This document shows positions 52,271 to 64,000 of a stretch of 64,000 nt of DNA, piece by piece. The stretch comes from Camelus dromedarius. Lineage: Eukaryota. A model generated the notes under the pieces. The model did no database searches and had not been told where the DNA came from. It was given only the letters and a program-made list of their open reading frames with translations. The stretch covers positions 14,510,001 through 14,574,000 of the forward strand of contig NC_087437.1 in NCBI RefSeq assembly GCF_036321535.1. The letters run 5' to 3'. Numbering within the stretch: position 1 is the first letter of the stretch; each line of letters begins with the position of its first letter. A program made the position numbers and the translations under genes.

Positions 52271-52847
52271 GAGATGTATGTATTCTTTTAAATCTCCACA
52301 TGTGATTCTGATGTGATCTTCTGGTTAAGAGCCACTGAAGTGACTCAGTGGATGAGTGATGTGGTAAAAAACTGGAAATTAAGCAGTCAGTGGATTGAGT
52401 CATAGCTGGTGTGTGTGAGATGGGAGGTCAAGCAAGTAGTGGCGGGTGCTTAAAGAACTTCCAAGGTGAAAGGATATAAAGTCATGATTCCAGGGCAGTT
52501 GACATTTGATCATTTGTTCATTCCAACATATATACATGCCTACTATGTTCCAGGTGCTATGATTAGCACTCAGGATACCACAATGGCACAGTCCTCTGCC
52601 TCTAAGGAGCTCACCGTCTAGTGGGACATATAAATAATGACTAGACATTATGATAAATACAGGGACGGAGACATGTCTACAGCATCATGGCAGCCCTAAG
52701 AAGAGGCATCTGGCCATATCTTGAGGGGAGAGGTCACAGAAGCTTTCCTGAAGGAAGCCTTCCTGGAGGAAGCATCTGCAGATCTGGGTCTCAAAGGATG
52801 AATAGAAGTTATCCAGATGAAAAGTTTTCCTAAAAAGGGGGCCAGCA

Positions 52848-53338
52848 TATAGCTGCACAACAAATTACCCCCAAAACTTAGTGGCTTAAAGCAACAAATA
52901 CTTATGATCTCACAGTTTCTGTGAGTTAGGAATTTGAGAGTGACTTATCTAAAGGGTTCTAGCTCAAAGCCCCTCCTCTGGTTGCAGTCAAGGCATCAGC
53001 TGGGGCTGCAGGTATCTGAAGGCTTTACTGCAGCTGGAGGATCTGCTTCTGAAATGTTTCGCTCACGTGGCTGTTGGCAGGAGGCCTCAGTTCCATACCA
53101 TGTGAGTTTCTAGATAGGCCTGCCCATGTGTCCTCATGACACAACATATGCTTCTCTAGGAGTAAATGATCCCAGAGAAAGGAACGCAAAAGCTAAAATA
53201 TCTTTCATGACCTAATCTTAGAAGTCACACAAAATTCTAGTGATTACACAAGCTAACCCTGTGCAAGATGGGAGGGGACTACACAAGGGCGTGAGACAGG
53301 GATCACTGAGGAGACCCGGGAAGCTGGCTACTGCACAA
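52848..53338 (-). mobile_element. MLT1D-like LTR nested in L2
   Basis: AACAAATTACCCCCAAAACTTAGTGGCTTAAAGCAACA..TCTCACAGTTTCTGTGAG..CTCACGTGGCTGTTGGCAGGAGGCCTCAGTTCC. Confidence 0.8.
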
Positions 53339-53828
53339 CAGGATTAAGATACAGAGCGACAGACACTGGCAAGGTGCAGGGCCTGCAGGAAGGAGCCCAC
53401 TGGCCATCATTAAGGAGCTGAGACCTCATCTGTAGGTACCAGGGAGCCACTGAAGGAAGCAGTAAGAAGAGAAAGATGGGGTCAGGTTTATTTTTTAGAA
53501 AGGCCTCTTGGACAGTATGAAGAAAGAGTTCACAAAAGGGCCAGGGAGCTGTCACGAAAGCCCAGCGAGATGATGCAGGTCCAGATCAGGGCAGCTGTGA
53601 TACGGAAAGGTACCCTCTGCTCCTCAGAACATGTTCCATGGACCACAATGCCAAGTAGTCTTGGTGTCTCCTGAGAGCTTGTGGAAATGCGGAGTCCCAG
53701 GCATCACCCTAAACATGCTGAATAGAATCAGACTCATATGGACCTAAAAGTTTGAGAAGTATTGTTGTAGAGAATGCAGTGGAATCCATTAAGAATATGA
53801 GTGTGGAGGGGAAAAAGAGGACAGAAGA

Positions 53829-53965
53829 GGGTGTAGCTCGGTGGTAAAGGGCATGCTTAGCATGCAGGAGGTCCTGGGTTCGATCCCTAGTACCTCTGTT
53901 AAATCAAAAATAGTAATACTAAATAAACAACTAACCCTAATTACCTCCCCCGAGAAAACAAAAAC
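53829..53965 (+). mobile_element. tRNA-Ala-derived SINE (vic-1-like)
   Basis: GGGTGTAGCTCGGTGGTAAAGGGCATGCTTAGCATGC..GGTTCGATCC; perfect 15-bp TSD AAAGAGGACAGAAGA at 53814-53828 and 53966-53980. Confidence 0.9.
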
Positions 53966-55374
53966 AAAGAGGACAGAAGATTGACTGATTCCTAAGTCAT
54001 ATCTGCTTCACTTCAAAACTAGGAAGCGTATTCTAAACATTTTTACCTGAATCTGCCAAATGAGTCCAGAGAGCTGTGAATATTCACAGTCTCACTAATG
54101 ATGTGATATGATCTAATAACAAGACTTTTTCTTTTATTATGAACTGTAGTCATATTAACGGTGCCAACAAAAGAAACCTACTGAATACTCACTTCCCTGT
54201 TGTAAAGCTTCACATTTTTTTCCAGTCAGCTTATTTGTTTTGTCTCTGAATCTGAAGAACAGATACCCAAATTTTCAGAAAAGAGGCCATGAGGAATGGA
54301 ATAAGATGATAAACTGGCATTTGGAAAGCTACAAGATAATGTACATTCTGGAAATTGTCCTAATTTCCAGATGACCTTTCCAAGCATTGTCTTTTCTGGG
54401 ATCAGATTTGGGAGCCAATTAACTACTGGGCCTCACACAATAAATGTCTGCCAGGAAATCCATTACCTGCATTATGGTCAACAGGAGTCCCCACCCAGTG
54501 GCTTTTGCACTTGTTAAGTACGAGTGCATACTGTGATGTCTGCCGGCCGGCAAGCACCAACTGTCATCATGTGCCATGTGTCAGCCTTTGCTTTTGTCCT
54601 TCCTTCCTTCCTCTACCCAGGTCTTTACAATTAGGAAAATTATATAAGTAAATTAGCTCTGGATCTCAGAACTCAAATAAATATGTTAGCCAGTTCTGCA
54701 AAAAAAAAAAAAAAAAAAAAAAAGAGGGATGGAGAAAATGAATATATGTGAATGAGTGAATGAATGGATGAGTGAAACCTCCAAAAAACTTATAACCAAG
54801 CATTTGCACGATAAGAGTATTCATGGCGGAGGGAGAGTTTCCAGTGAGTTACTGATCATTTATTGAGTCATTTTTAGTTGGCTTCTCACAATGATGTGAA
54901 ATTATCCATTGCCATGTAGAGTGACTAGGCAGGTCCCTGACTAGTAAATCTGAGGCTACTAGTAATTACAGAGCCTTAAGTACTAAATCTCTAAGCCTCT
55001 TGTCACCTATAACTTCCACCTGTGGATTTCTAAGGATCCCAAATTGTGACTAGGAAGTTTTCAATAGTACTGGGCCCCTCCTGAGCTCTGGGACTTCCAT
55101 GTCAATGACTGCCAACCCAAACCCTTAGTGAGTGTTGAAAAGGAGATCCACCGTCTCCTCATGAAAATGAGCTAGATTAGAGGTCTGAGATGCTAATTAA
55201 GATCATTCCCAAATCTTGTGATAAACCTCATTTTCCTCTTTTTGATTATGTCAACTCAACAGGCATCTATCCCTCTATTCCTCAGAAGATTTACTTATGA
55301 ATGCATTTCTTTGAGATTCCAGAAAATCATATATCAGAAAATTTGCGACTTCACCTCTCCCCCAGCCCCTGACT

Positions 55375-55606
55375 TCAGCATTTCTGGTCCTCCTTTACCT
55401 ACTCTGCTCTGTTTCATCCCATAATATTGATCACCTTCTAAACTACAATATAATGGACTTACTTACCTTTATTATCAAGCTCCCTCCATTATAACATAAG
55501 CTGCATGAGGACAGGGATTTTAGTCTTTTGTGTTTACTGCTGTATCCCTCGCACCTGAAAAGTACCTGACATATAGTAGGTACTCAATAAATATTTTTGA
55601 ATGAAT
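55375..55606 (+). mobile_element. L2 3' end
   Basis: ATAAGCTGCATGAGGACAGGGA..ACCTGACATATAGTAGGTACTCAATAAATATTTTTGAATGAAT. Confidence 0.85.
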
Positions 55607-57844
55607 TTAAGATTCTAAAGGACCTTGAAATCTGGAGTGCCTTTGTTTAGAGAAGAAACTCAAACCCTAATAGTCTGTGACTTGCCCAAGGTCACAGAGC
55701 TAGTTTGCAGAGGCAGATGTAAAACTCAAACCCAGATCTTCCTCTCAAGCCTGTGTTTTCTCTACCCGCTGCTGCTTTTGGCTGGTGAAGCTGGGTTGGA
55801 GACAGGAGCTACTGGTCCTAATACACAAGAAAAGACGTTCTGAGGTCTGCCCCGAAATAGGCAGGTGTCATGGGCAGCTTCTGCTCTCAAGAAGACTTTG
55901 GTAGTTAGATGTGACTGCGGTGTTTAGTTTCTCGGTCCTATTAGCCAATTTCTGCTGATAGGAATTTCTCCTGGTTGAAGAATGGCCCCATATGAACATA
56001 CACAATTCTCTAGCCTCCCCAGTCACATAGCTCTGTTAAGAAGAGTCATAACCTTGGAGCAGCTTGAGCAGAGGGGCTAGTAAATGGAGTCAGAGGAACT
56101 GAAGCCACTGCCAAGCCATCATCTTCAAACAAGCACTGTTCTGACCTTTGAACCACTGCCGGACACCACCTTCTGCGACTCTGGTTTTTCCCACTCCTAG
56201 TCACTTCAGATGCTCACACAGCCCGGCTCTGGCAGTCTTGCCTGCACTTTTCCCTTACCCCATACCACCCTCACCATCCCCCAGGGGCCAAAAAGGAGAC
56301 TTGTAGAAACCAGGCAAGAGCGAGCTCACTGACTGAGGGAGAAGGTCAAGAGTTCTACCGTCGAAGGGTTAAAACCAGGAAACAGGAAGGAGACCAGGAA
56401 ATAGTCAGGGCTTCCTGCCCTGCAGAGGAAAATTGTCTGAGGAGTTGGATCAACTATATCATATTGTCATTAGAAAATACTAGCTTTTACCCACTGAATA
56501 CTCTGTTCAAAACCTCTCCCACAAGGCCCACAAATGTCCCTACTGCGGGGCTGCCATTTTTCAATATATTTCGAATTCAGCAATTCAGAAGTGATTGCTT
56601 GGAAATAATTTCTTAAATCTCTAGAGGAAAATGTAGAAGATCTTTCTGCCCATTAGATGCTGTTCATGAAAGAGAGGGGGACAGCAGGAATTAACAGTAT
56701 GGTTCCTTTGACTTCACAGGACCGCCTAGCTAGTGTGTGAGTTCAGGAAGTGTCTCATTTGCAGGGAGAGAGTGATTAACACACCGGGCGCTGCTCTGAC
56801 CCCGCTGAGAGACAGCGGAGACAGAACTGGAAGGCTGCATTCACAGGCCATCATGGGCCAGCCCCACCTAGAAGCCAGCCGGGCTTGTTTTTGTCATTTC
56901 TTCCTTCTAGTGCACAGGCCAGCCTTATTCCTGTGCATTCATTTATCTGAATCCTTGCTGTGTGTCAGGCTCCGGGCTAGGTATGCTCCAAGGTGGCAAA
57001 GATGAGTCCTATGCAACCCGTCTTCAAAGACTTCAAATGCTTGGTTGTAAGGAGGTGAACAAATAATCAGCAGCTATTGGCAAAATTAATGCATCATAAT
57101 CAAATGCACTGACATTACTCTACTGCAGGAGCTCTGAGAGTAGTTACCACCTAAACCTGGTGCCTCACAATTTCCCTTAAGGCCGTCACACTCCCAGAAT
57201 CTCATCAATAAGCCCAACCAGGGTATCCCCTCCCCTAGGACTTTTTCTGTTGTTTTTTTTTTTTTTTTTTTTCTTTACTAGACATCTGATTTGTGTGGTC
57301 TAACACTTTGGGCATTGAAGGAGCATGCTGGGTTCTCTGCATCTAACAACCTTGTAGGAGCACCATACACTTTTTTTCCAAAGAGGAAGTTTGTTATAAT
57401 ATCTGAAAGGAGACTTCTGGGAACTTCCTTGAGGCACAGGAAATCCCATAGACCCTACTTTCATTACCACATAGAATAATGCAACTTTAGAGCTGAAGTG
57501 ACTCTCTAGATCACCTCATCCCATTTACAGTTGATGGCCATCAGCCTAAGGAGGCTCCAGGACTGCCTGGAGGCACACAGCTCACCCCAGGAAGGCCAAG
57601 TCTAGGACCAGGCCATGGGTCTGTACTTTTTTTGGTACCTTGTACTTCCCTCCAAGGAGCAAACAGCTGTCGGCATCGTGAGGTGAATAGGAACAAGCAT
57701 GACACTCAGAGAAGTGGTGTTGTGTGTGAGGTATCCTTGAATCATAGAGCTGGAAAGGACCCCAGAGGTCCTCCTTCCACCTCCTTCATTTTCCTGATGA
57801 AGAAAGAGAAGCAGGGAAGGTGAACTTAATCGTACCAACCAGGG

Positions 57845-58033
57845 GAGGTACTGCCCTCTAAGGGGGATTTAAAAATGTGTGTGATCAGTTTTGTTTGTCA
57901 CAATGACTAGGAGTGATACTGGCATTTAATGGGCAGGTACCAGGGATGTTGAACATATTAAAGCAAGTGGAATAGTCTTACCCACTCATGACTTGCCCAG
58001 CCCTAGATGTCAGCAGCACCTTGAGAACCACAG
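57845..58033. mobile_element. MER20-like hAT DNA transposon
   Basis: TTTGTTTGTCACAATGACTAGG..TACTGGCATTTAATGGG..CAGGGATG..TTGAGAACC. Confidence 0.65.
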
Positions 58034-58273
58034 GATTAAAGTGACTTTGCTTATAGCAAAAAGGAGTGCAGAAGGAACTGGCTCACGGTAGTTTACAGCA
58101 TAGTAGTTCATCATTGTGTGTGTATTTGGGAGTGGGTCACCAGCCCCTCCGAGAACTGATTAAAAACCTCTTCTTCATGGAAACCACATACACATGTACT
58201 TTGGACTTAATTTTAATGGGCTACAAGCCCCTTTAAGCCCATCCATGAGCCCCAGGTTAATAACTCTGGTCTA

Positions 58274-59744
58274 ACTACCAAAAAAGAATATGACAGGCCA
58301 GTATCTTTGATGAATATAGATGCAAAAATTCTCAACAAAATATTAGCAAACAAAATCCAACAACACATGAAAAAGATCATACAGCATGATCAAGTTGGAT
58401 TTATCCCAGGGACACAAAGATGGTTCAACATATGCAAATCAACCAATGTAAATCAATGAAGTTACAACACTCCCACACACTATTCACAAAAATAAACTCA
58501 AAATGGCTTAAAGACTTAAACATAAGACAAGACACTATAAACCTCTTAGAAGAAAACATAGGCAAAACATTTTCTGACATAAATCTTAGCAATGTTCTCC
58601 TAGGGCAGTCTACCCAGGCAGTAGAAATAAGAGCAAAAATAAACAAATGGGACCTAATTAAGTTTATAAGCTTTTGCACAGAAAAGGAAACCATAAAAAA
58701 AATGAAAAAACCTACGGGTTGGGAGAAAATGTTTTCAAATGATGTGACTGACAAGGGTTTAATTTTCAGAATATATAAACAGCTCATACAGCTTAATAAC
58801 AAAAAACACAAACAACCCAATCCAAAAATGGGCAGAAGACCTAAACAAGAAATTCTCCAATGAAGACATGCAAATAGCCTATAGGTACATGAAAAAATAC
58901 TCAGTATTGCTAATTATCAGAGAAATGCAAATCAAAACTACAATGAGGTATCACCTCACACCAGTCAGAATGGCCATCATTCAAAAGTCCACAAATGATA
59001 AATGCTAGAGAGGGTGTGGAGAAAAGGGAACCCTCCTACACTGTTAGTAGGAATGTAGTTTGGTGCAGCCATTATGGAAAACAGAATTGAGATTCATTAA
59101 AAAACTAAAAATAGACTTACCCTATGATACAGCAATCCTACTCCTGGGCATATATCTGGAGGGAACTCTAATTCAAAAAGATACATGAACCCCAGTGTTC
59201 ATAGTACCACTGTTTACAATTGCCAAGACATGGAAACAATCCAAATGACTGGATAAAGATATTGTGGTGTACATATACAATAGAATACTACTCAGCCATA
59301 AAAAAGAACAAAATTTGCAACAACATGGATGGACCTGAGATAGTCATACCAAGTAAGTAAGCCAGAAAAAGAAAGAAAAATACCATATGATATCACTTAT
59401 ATGTAGGATCTTTAAGAAAAAAAGACATAAATGGACTTATTTATAAAACAGAGATGGACTCACAGACATAAAAAACAAATGTATGCTTATCAGGGTGGGG
59501 AGGAGAGGGTGGAGTGATAAATTGGGAGCTTGGGATTCATAGATTCTAACTACTATATATAAAATAAATGAACAACAAAGACCTACTGTATAGCACAGGG
59601 ACCTATATTCAGTATCTTATAATGGCCTATAATGAGAAAGACTATGAAACGGAATATAAATATATATATAAATGAATCACTATGCTGTACACCAGAAATT
59701 AACACAACATTGTAAATTGACTATACTTCAATTTAAAAAACAAA
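58274..59744 (+). mobile_element. L1 with decayed ORF2 and internal deletion, plus 3'UTR
   Basis: RT N-terminal peptide [49 protein letters not shown] fused to [24 protein letters not shown]; short TSD CTGGTCTA at 58266-58273 and 59745-59752. Confidence 0.93.
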
Positions 59745-60817
59745 CTGGTCTAGAAAGAAACATACAGGTAGAAGAAATCAAATATGTATGTATTTTCTTA
59801 TAGGTTAAAGAGTGTCTCCCTAATAGAATGAATAATAGATGTGTCTTTTTTTTCCTATCAAGTGGGCATAGTGCTATCCAGACTATTAGATACTCTTTCT
59901 TTTTTTCATTCATCAGAAGCCCTGGATTTTATCCATTACTTGAAAATTATGGCTAATGTTTCCTAGTGAGAGCCAACTGAACACCAAATCTGGTTCCAGC
60001 ATCTTCCTTCGCTTTCTTGTCCCCACATTAGAAGTGCTGGGAGCAGGACAGAGGTGGGAGAGGGTACTTACTTCAAAGGGTCCCTCTCTGTGCCCTGTGA
60101 AGAGTCTCTTCTGTGATAGTGTATGTCCTGGCTGACTGCAGGTTTTAACTATTAGTCAAGCTGTAAATCATACACTGTGTTTTGTAAATTTTCTAAGTGG
60201 GCAATTTGAGACTCATTAAATCAGTTAAATGGCAAAATGTGCCATTTCAGGATGCTCTCTTCCTTCCTTTTGCAGCAGGTCGTGGGTTGTCAAGCCTCTC
60301 TGGTGCTGCTTTGGAGAAGAGAAGAGGGGAGGGATGAGGGCAGGAGAGAGAGAGGAAGGAAGGGCAGGCAGCTCGCTGGCACTCTGTGGGAGGGGACTTA
60401 GGGTCAAGTGTAAATTCAGAGCCAGACAGATATTTCAAATAGTTAACTCTTCAAGAACTTTAACTCACTTACACCTGCCGGAACCCTCTGGGGCATATTT
60501 TCTTGTCTGTCTTACTAATGAAGAAACTGTGGCTCAGAGAGATTAAGTAACTTTTTCACAGTTAAGTAAAATCCCACTCCAGCCTTGCGTGATTCCAAGG
60601 CCAAGTTCTCCCCACCCCAGTGCTTCCCAGACACCCAGCTAGTTTGTGCAAATGAGCAAACGCAGCTAATGATGCTTTCAAGCAGCTAAAATGATCTGCA
60701 CAGCGGGGGCCTCCATGCCTTCAAATCTTAGCAGCTCCCAGATGCAGGACCCTTCTCAGCTCGCTCTGGGTGGTTCCAGGATGCTGAGGACGAGGCTGCT
60801 GACTTTCATTTAGTTTT

Positions 60818-60975
60818 GTTTGTTTGTTTGTTTTTTGAGGGGGTTGCATAGGGGGAGGGAGATACTTAGATTGATTTATTTATTTACTTTTTAGAGGTGG
60901 TACTGAGGATTGAACCCAGGATGTCATGCATGATAAGCATGCACACTGCCGCTTTGAGCTATATACCCTTCCCCG
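60818..60975 (-). mobile_element. tRNA-Ala-derived SINE (vic-1-like)
   Basis: Reverse complement reads GGGTATATAGCTCAAAGCGG..GCATGCTTATCATGC..GGTTCAATCC; TSD ATTTAGTTTT at 60808-60817 and 60979-60988. Confidence 0.88.
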
Positions 60976-62044
60976 CTTATTTAGTTTTTTGATGATCCAT
61001 CAAGGCCACACAGAGTCCTGTCCAGGCAGTATCTCATGGGCTTCCTTCCTTCTTCTTCTTGACTTTGAACGTTTCCTTCTAGACTGATGGGAGAGGCAGG
61101 GCCCTACCAATGCACAGTGCCTGGGAATGGCAGCCCCTGAGAGCTTCCCAGTCCTGGCTCCAACATATCACAAGGGGGTCTGCATCTACTTTCACTTAAC
61201 TGGTGGCTTGCTCGGTCCCCCAGAGTTCTTGGTGCTGCTCCCCTCGGGGATTGGTTTTTCCCTGAGTTCGGTCAAATATACTGAATGCTGATGGGCAAGA
61301 GGTCCTTTCCCACTGCCCCCTGTCAGGGGGATTGTAGTTACTGCTGAACAAGTGATTCCCTTCCCACTGTAACAGTGCTTCCGTTCCCCCGGGTGGCTAG
61401 CATCTTCTTCTGAATACCTTGTGTCTAGAAGGCCTGCTTTCTGAAGATAGTGGGCCCTTGTTTGTACCATTTGTCCACCAGAGTAAGCACATCCCCCACC
61501 TTCCCTGCTAGGTGTGACTTTCCACCCCTGACCCATCTCCCAACAGAGTTGATGAAGGAGCTTAGGTGTGATCAGAGTCTGCGTGAAACTCCACTGCCTC
61601 TCCTGTCCTGAACCTGCTGAGAAATATTGCATCAAATGGAACTAAGTGACCTAAAAATCTTTCTTATTTTCTCATAAGTCTCATCCTGTTGTGCATGAAA
61701 CCATTGTTTGCAAGTTGGTGTTTGATTTTCCTATTTCCATCAGCAAGAACCACCAATAGTCAATCAAACCCTAAAATTGGTCTTAGAAATCCACTGTCAA
61801 ATATAGAGCCCAAAGAATGCTGACAGACTCATCATTTGAGGATTTTCCTTCTGGAATTAGGTCTTTTGGAGGGGAAGCTGAACGAGCACTAAGCCAGGAG
61901 TCAGAAGACCGAAGGTTTAGCCTGGACTCAGCAACAAATTGCCCACGTGACCCAAGTCACTTTCTCATCCAGTTTCTCCAACTGTAGAAAATAGTTTTAC
62001 ACTTAGATACTCTCTAAAGCATTGTAATTCTAAATTTTCACTTA

Positions 62045-62293
62045 AGTAATTCTAAATTTCTAAAAATAGAAAAAAAAGAAAATTAATTTTCATGATGTAT
62101 TTTATATGACCTAATATGTTTTAAAAATGTTATCTCACTGTATAGTCTTATATTTCATATTCATTTTTCCTATGAAGTTTTTGAAATCCAGTCGTGTGTG
62201 TTACAGTAACAGTGCATCTCAATTCAGACTAGACACATTTCAGATGTTCAATGTAACCAACATCTGGCTAATGGCTACTATATTGGACAAGCA
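62045..62293. mobile_element. MER33-like hAT-Charlie element
   Basis: GCATCTCAATTCAGACTAGACACATTTCAGATGTTCAAT..TGGCTAATGGCTACTATATTGGACA. Confidence 0.7.
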
Positions 62294-62812
62294 GTTTTCA
62301 AGTCTTTCCCGGCAATTAATTTTTAAATCTGCCACAGTTCTTTATTTGAAACTTTTGAGGTCAGTTGTAGAATTCAGAATTTTTCACATTTTAATAGGTA
62401 ATATAATATTTATCACATATCATGTAATACCCCTAGGGGTCTGAAGCAGCCTTCCATGATCAAACAAATATTTCTGTAGCAAAAAATATGACAATTCACA
62501 CTGAGTTAAATGAAGACAATAAAACATCATGTAGGTTGAATGTTGCTGCCAAGTGACTTAAATTAAAAGCTTCTGTTTTCAGTCAAAGTTACAGAAAACG
62601 AATTTGGATCTGTACCATGAAAACTGCTTGGATCCAGTATTTACTTTGTTGTTTCATTCATCACAAATCAGCCCAGCATTAATATGGCAACACGGCTGTC
62701 TGTTCGCTAGCCGTGGACGTGGTAAAATGGTTGAGTCTTCTCCCTTATCTTGAGTCTCAGTAGTGACATTGTCCCCAGCAAGCTTAAAAAGGTGATCCTG
62801 GGACCCTAGACT

Positions 62813-62947
62813 TAGGATTGCCAGAGAAAATACAGGACGCTCAGTTAAATTTGAATTTCAGATAAACATCGAACAATTTTTTATTATAAGTATGTTCCAC
62901 ATGATACCTGGCCGTCCTCTATTTTTACGTACTAACTCTGGCAGGTT
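62813..62947. mobile_element. MER53-like hAT MITE, internally deleted
   Basis: TAGGATTGCCAGA..AAAATACAGGACGCTCAGTTAAATTTGAATTTCAGATAAACA..CTGGCCGTCCTCTATTTT..CTGGCA. Confidence 0.75.
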
Positions 62948-63724
62948 AAAAGCTATGTCAGCAAGTAAGACCACTGCTTCTTGCGGACCGGCCAAGGCAG
63001 CGTAAAGGAAGACTCTTTCTTATCTTTCATCACTTTCAGACAAAATATACAAAGCAGCCTGAATGGTTAAGGAGATTAGAGATCTGGTTTTTAAATTCCA
63101 GAATCCAAAAAATCCAGAATGACAAAGAATTCAGTTACAGGTGTGGCGTTTGCAGTCCTCATGGAAAAGGTCATCGTGAGGGAACTTTGATGAGCCAAAG
63201 GCTAATCTGACATTCTTCACTGACTGTCTTAACTGAAAACCCATCATGCCGCCCCCGATTTAGGGGCTTCTTAATCCACCATGGATTCCAGAAAGAAAAG
63301 CAAGGAGGGTAAATTAGGAACTGTCTCTGCTTTATTAAGTGGTGGGGGGGAGGGCAGTGGTGGGCGTTTGTTGAGAGCATAACTCCCTCTCTAAATGCCT
63401 CAGAAATTAAGAGGTGCCAAGAGGAAGTGCTGCTTTAAGAGCCATCTGGCTCACCCAGGGGCAGGGATGGGGAGGCTCGACACTTGCATCAAAAGTGGGC
63501 TTCAGCTCCTGTAAACAGCATCATTCCCAGCTCGCCCTGCCAAGCTGGGGGCTTTATGTCTCTCAGAGCATCAGCAGAGCAGGTGGCAAATGTGACAGAC
63601 TCAGGAGAGGCCGGCATGGTACCCTCTGGTTCAGTGATGTGCACTCAGCATCTCCTGAATTCAGGTGACTTCCTTCCCAGGGACTTGGGCTGGGCCCCCA
63701 GCAGCAGCCTGACTGAGGAACAGC

Positions 63725-64000
63725 TCCACATTAAAGGAGACCAAAGGGACGTGACAAGCAAACACACTGAAGCACCTTGGATTGAACCCTAGATCAGAAA
63801 AAAAAAAAAAAGTTGCTGTGAAGGACATTATTGAGACAATTGGTAAAATTTGAATATGTCATTTATTCGACAGCAGTTTTGTCATTGTTAAAATTCCTCA
63901 TCATAGCCGTACTGTGGATGAGAGAATGCCTTTGTTCCTAGTTTTTAAGAGTAAAGATTTTATGGTTTCAAATGGTTAGGAAAAAAATACGTAGTATTCT
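63725..64000 (+). mobile_element. Old L1MC-type 3'UTR fragment, runs off the window
   Basis: ATTAAAGGAGACCAAAGGGACGTGACA..AAGGACATTATTGAGACAATTGGTAAAATTTGAATATG. Confidence 0.7.

Noticed and set aside
54700..54723. Poly-A run as a retrocopy tail
   Set aside because: No recognisable upstream element body or TSD.
58420..58863. 147-aa ORF (also 50461-50643, 50987-51184, 51610-51948)
   Set aside because: Frameshifted fragments of L1 ORF2, not host genes.
61192..61635. 147-aa minus-strand ORF
   Set aside because: No recognisable family, domain or exon structure; consistent with chance.

Overview
Mammalian genomic DNA, most likely camelid (three tRNA-Ala-derived vic-1-like SINEs; I saw no Alu, Bov-A/BovB or PRE-1). 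The window lies inside TMEM108 (retrolinkin) on the + strand. The only exon I can support is the 86-nt first coding exon at 19116-19201 (MKRSLQALYCQLL, phase-1 donor); the rest is flanking intron with layered transposons: MIR, L2, MER/Charlie/Tigger DNA elements, MLT1 and ERV1 LTRs, old L1 and young lineage-specific L1. The ORFs in the supplied track are L1 ORF2 remnants or chance ORFs. I found no novel multi-gene system. The best second-look items are a 216-bp near-perfect inverted duplication (32521-32736 / 34837-35052), a uORF whose stop overlaps the TMEM108 start (ATGA), a twin-primed L1 that seeded a (TTTC)27 microsatellite, two L1s missing most or all of RT, a 27-bp L1 stub with a 15-bp TSD, nested solo LTRs and RFX X-box motifs. 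Repeat subfamily names come from my recall of consensus sequences, not a search, and boundaries of old repeats are approximate.
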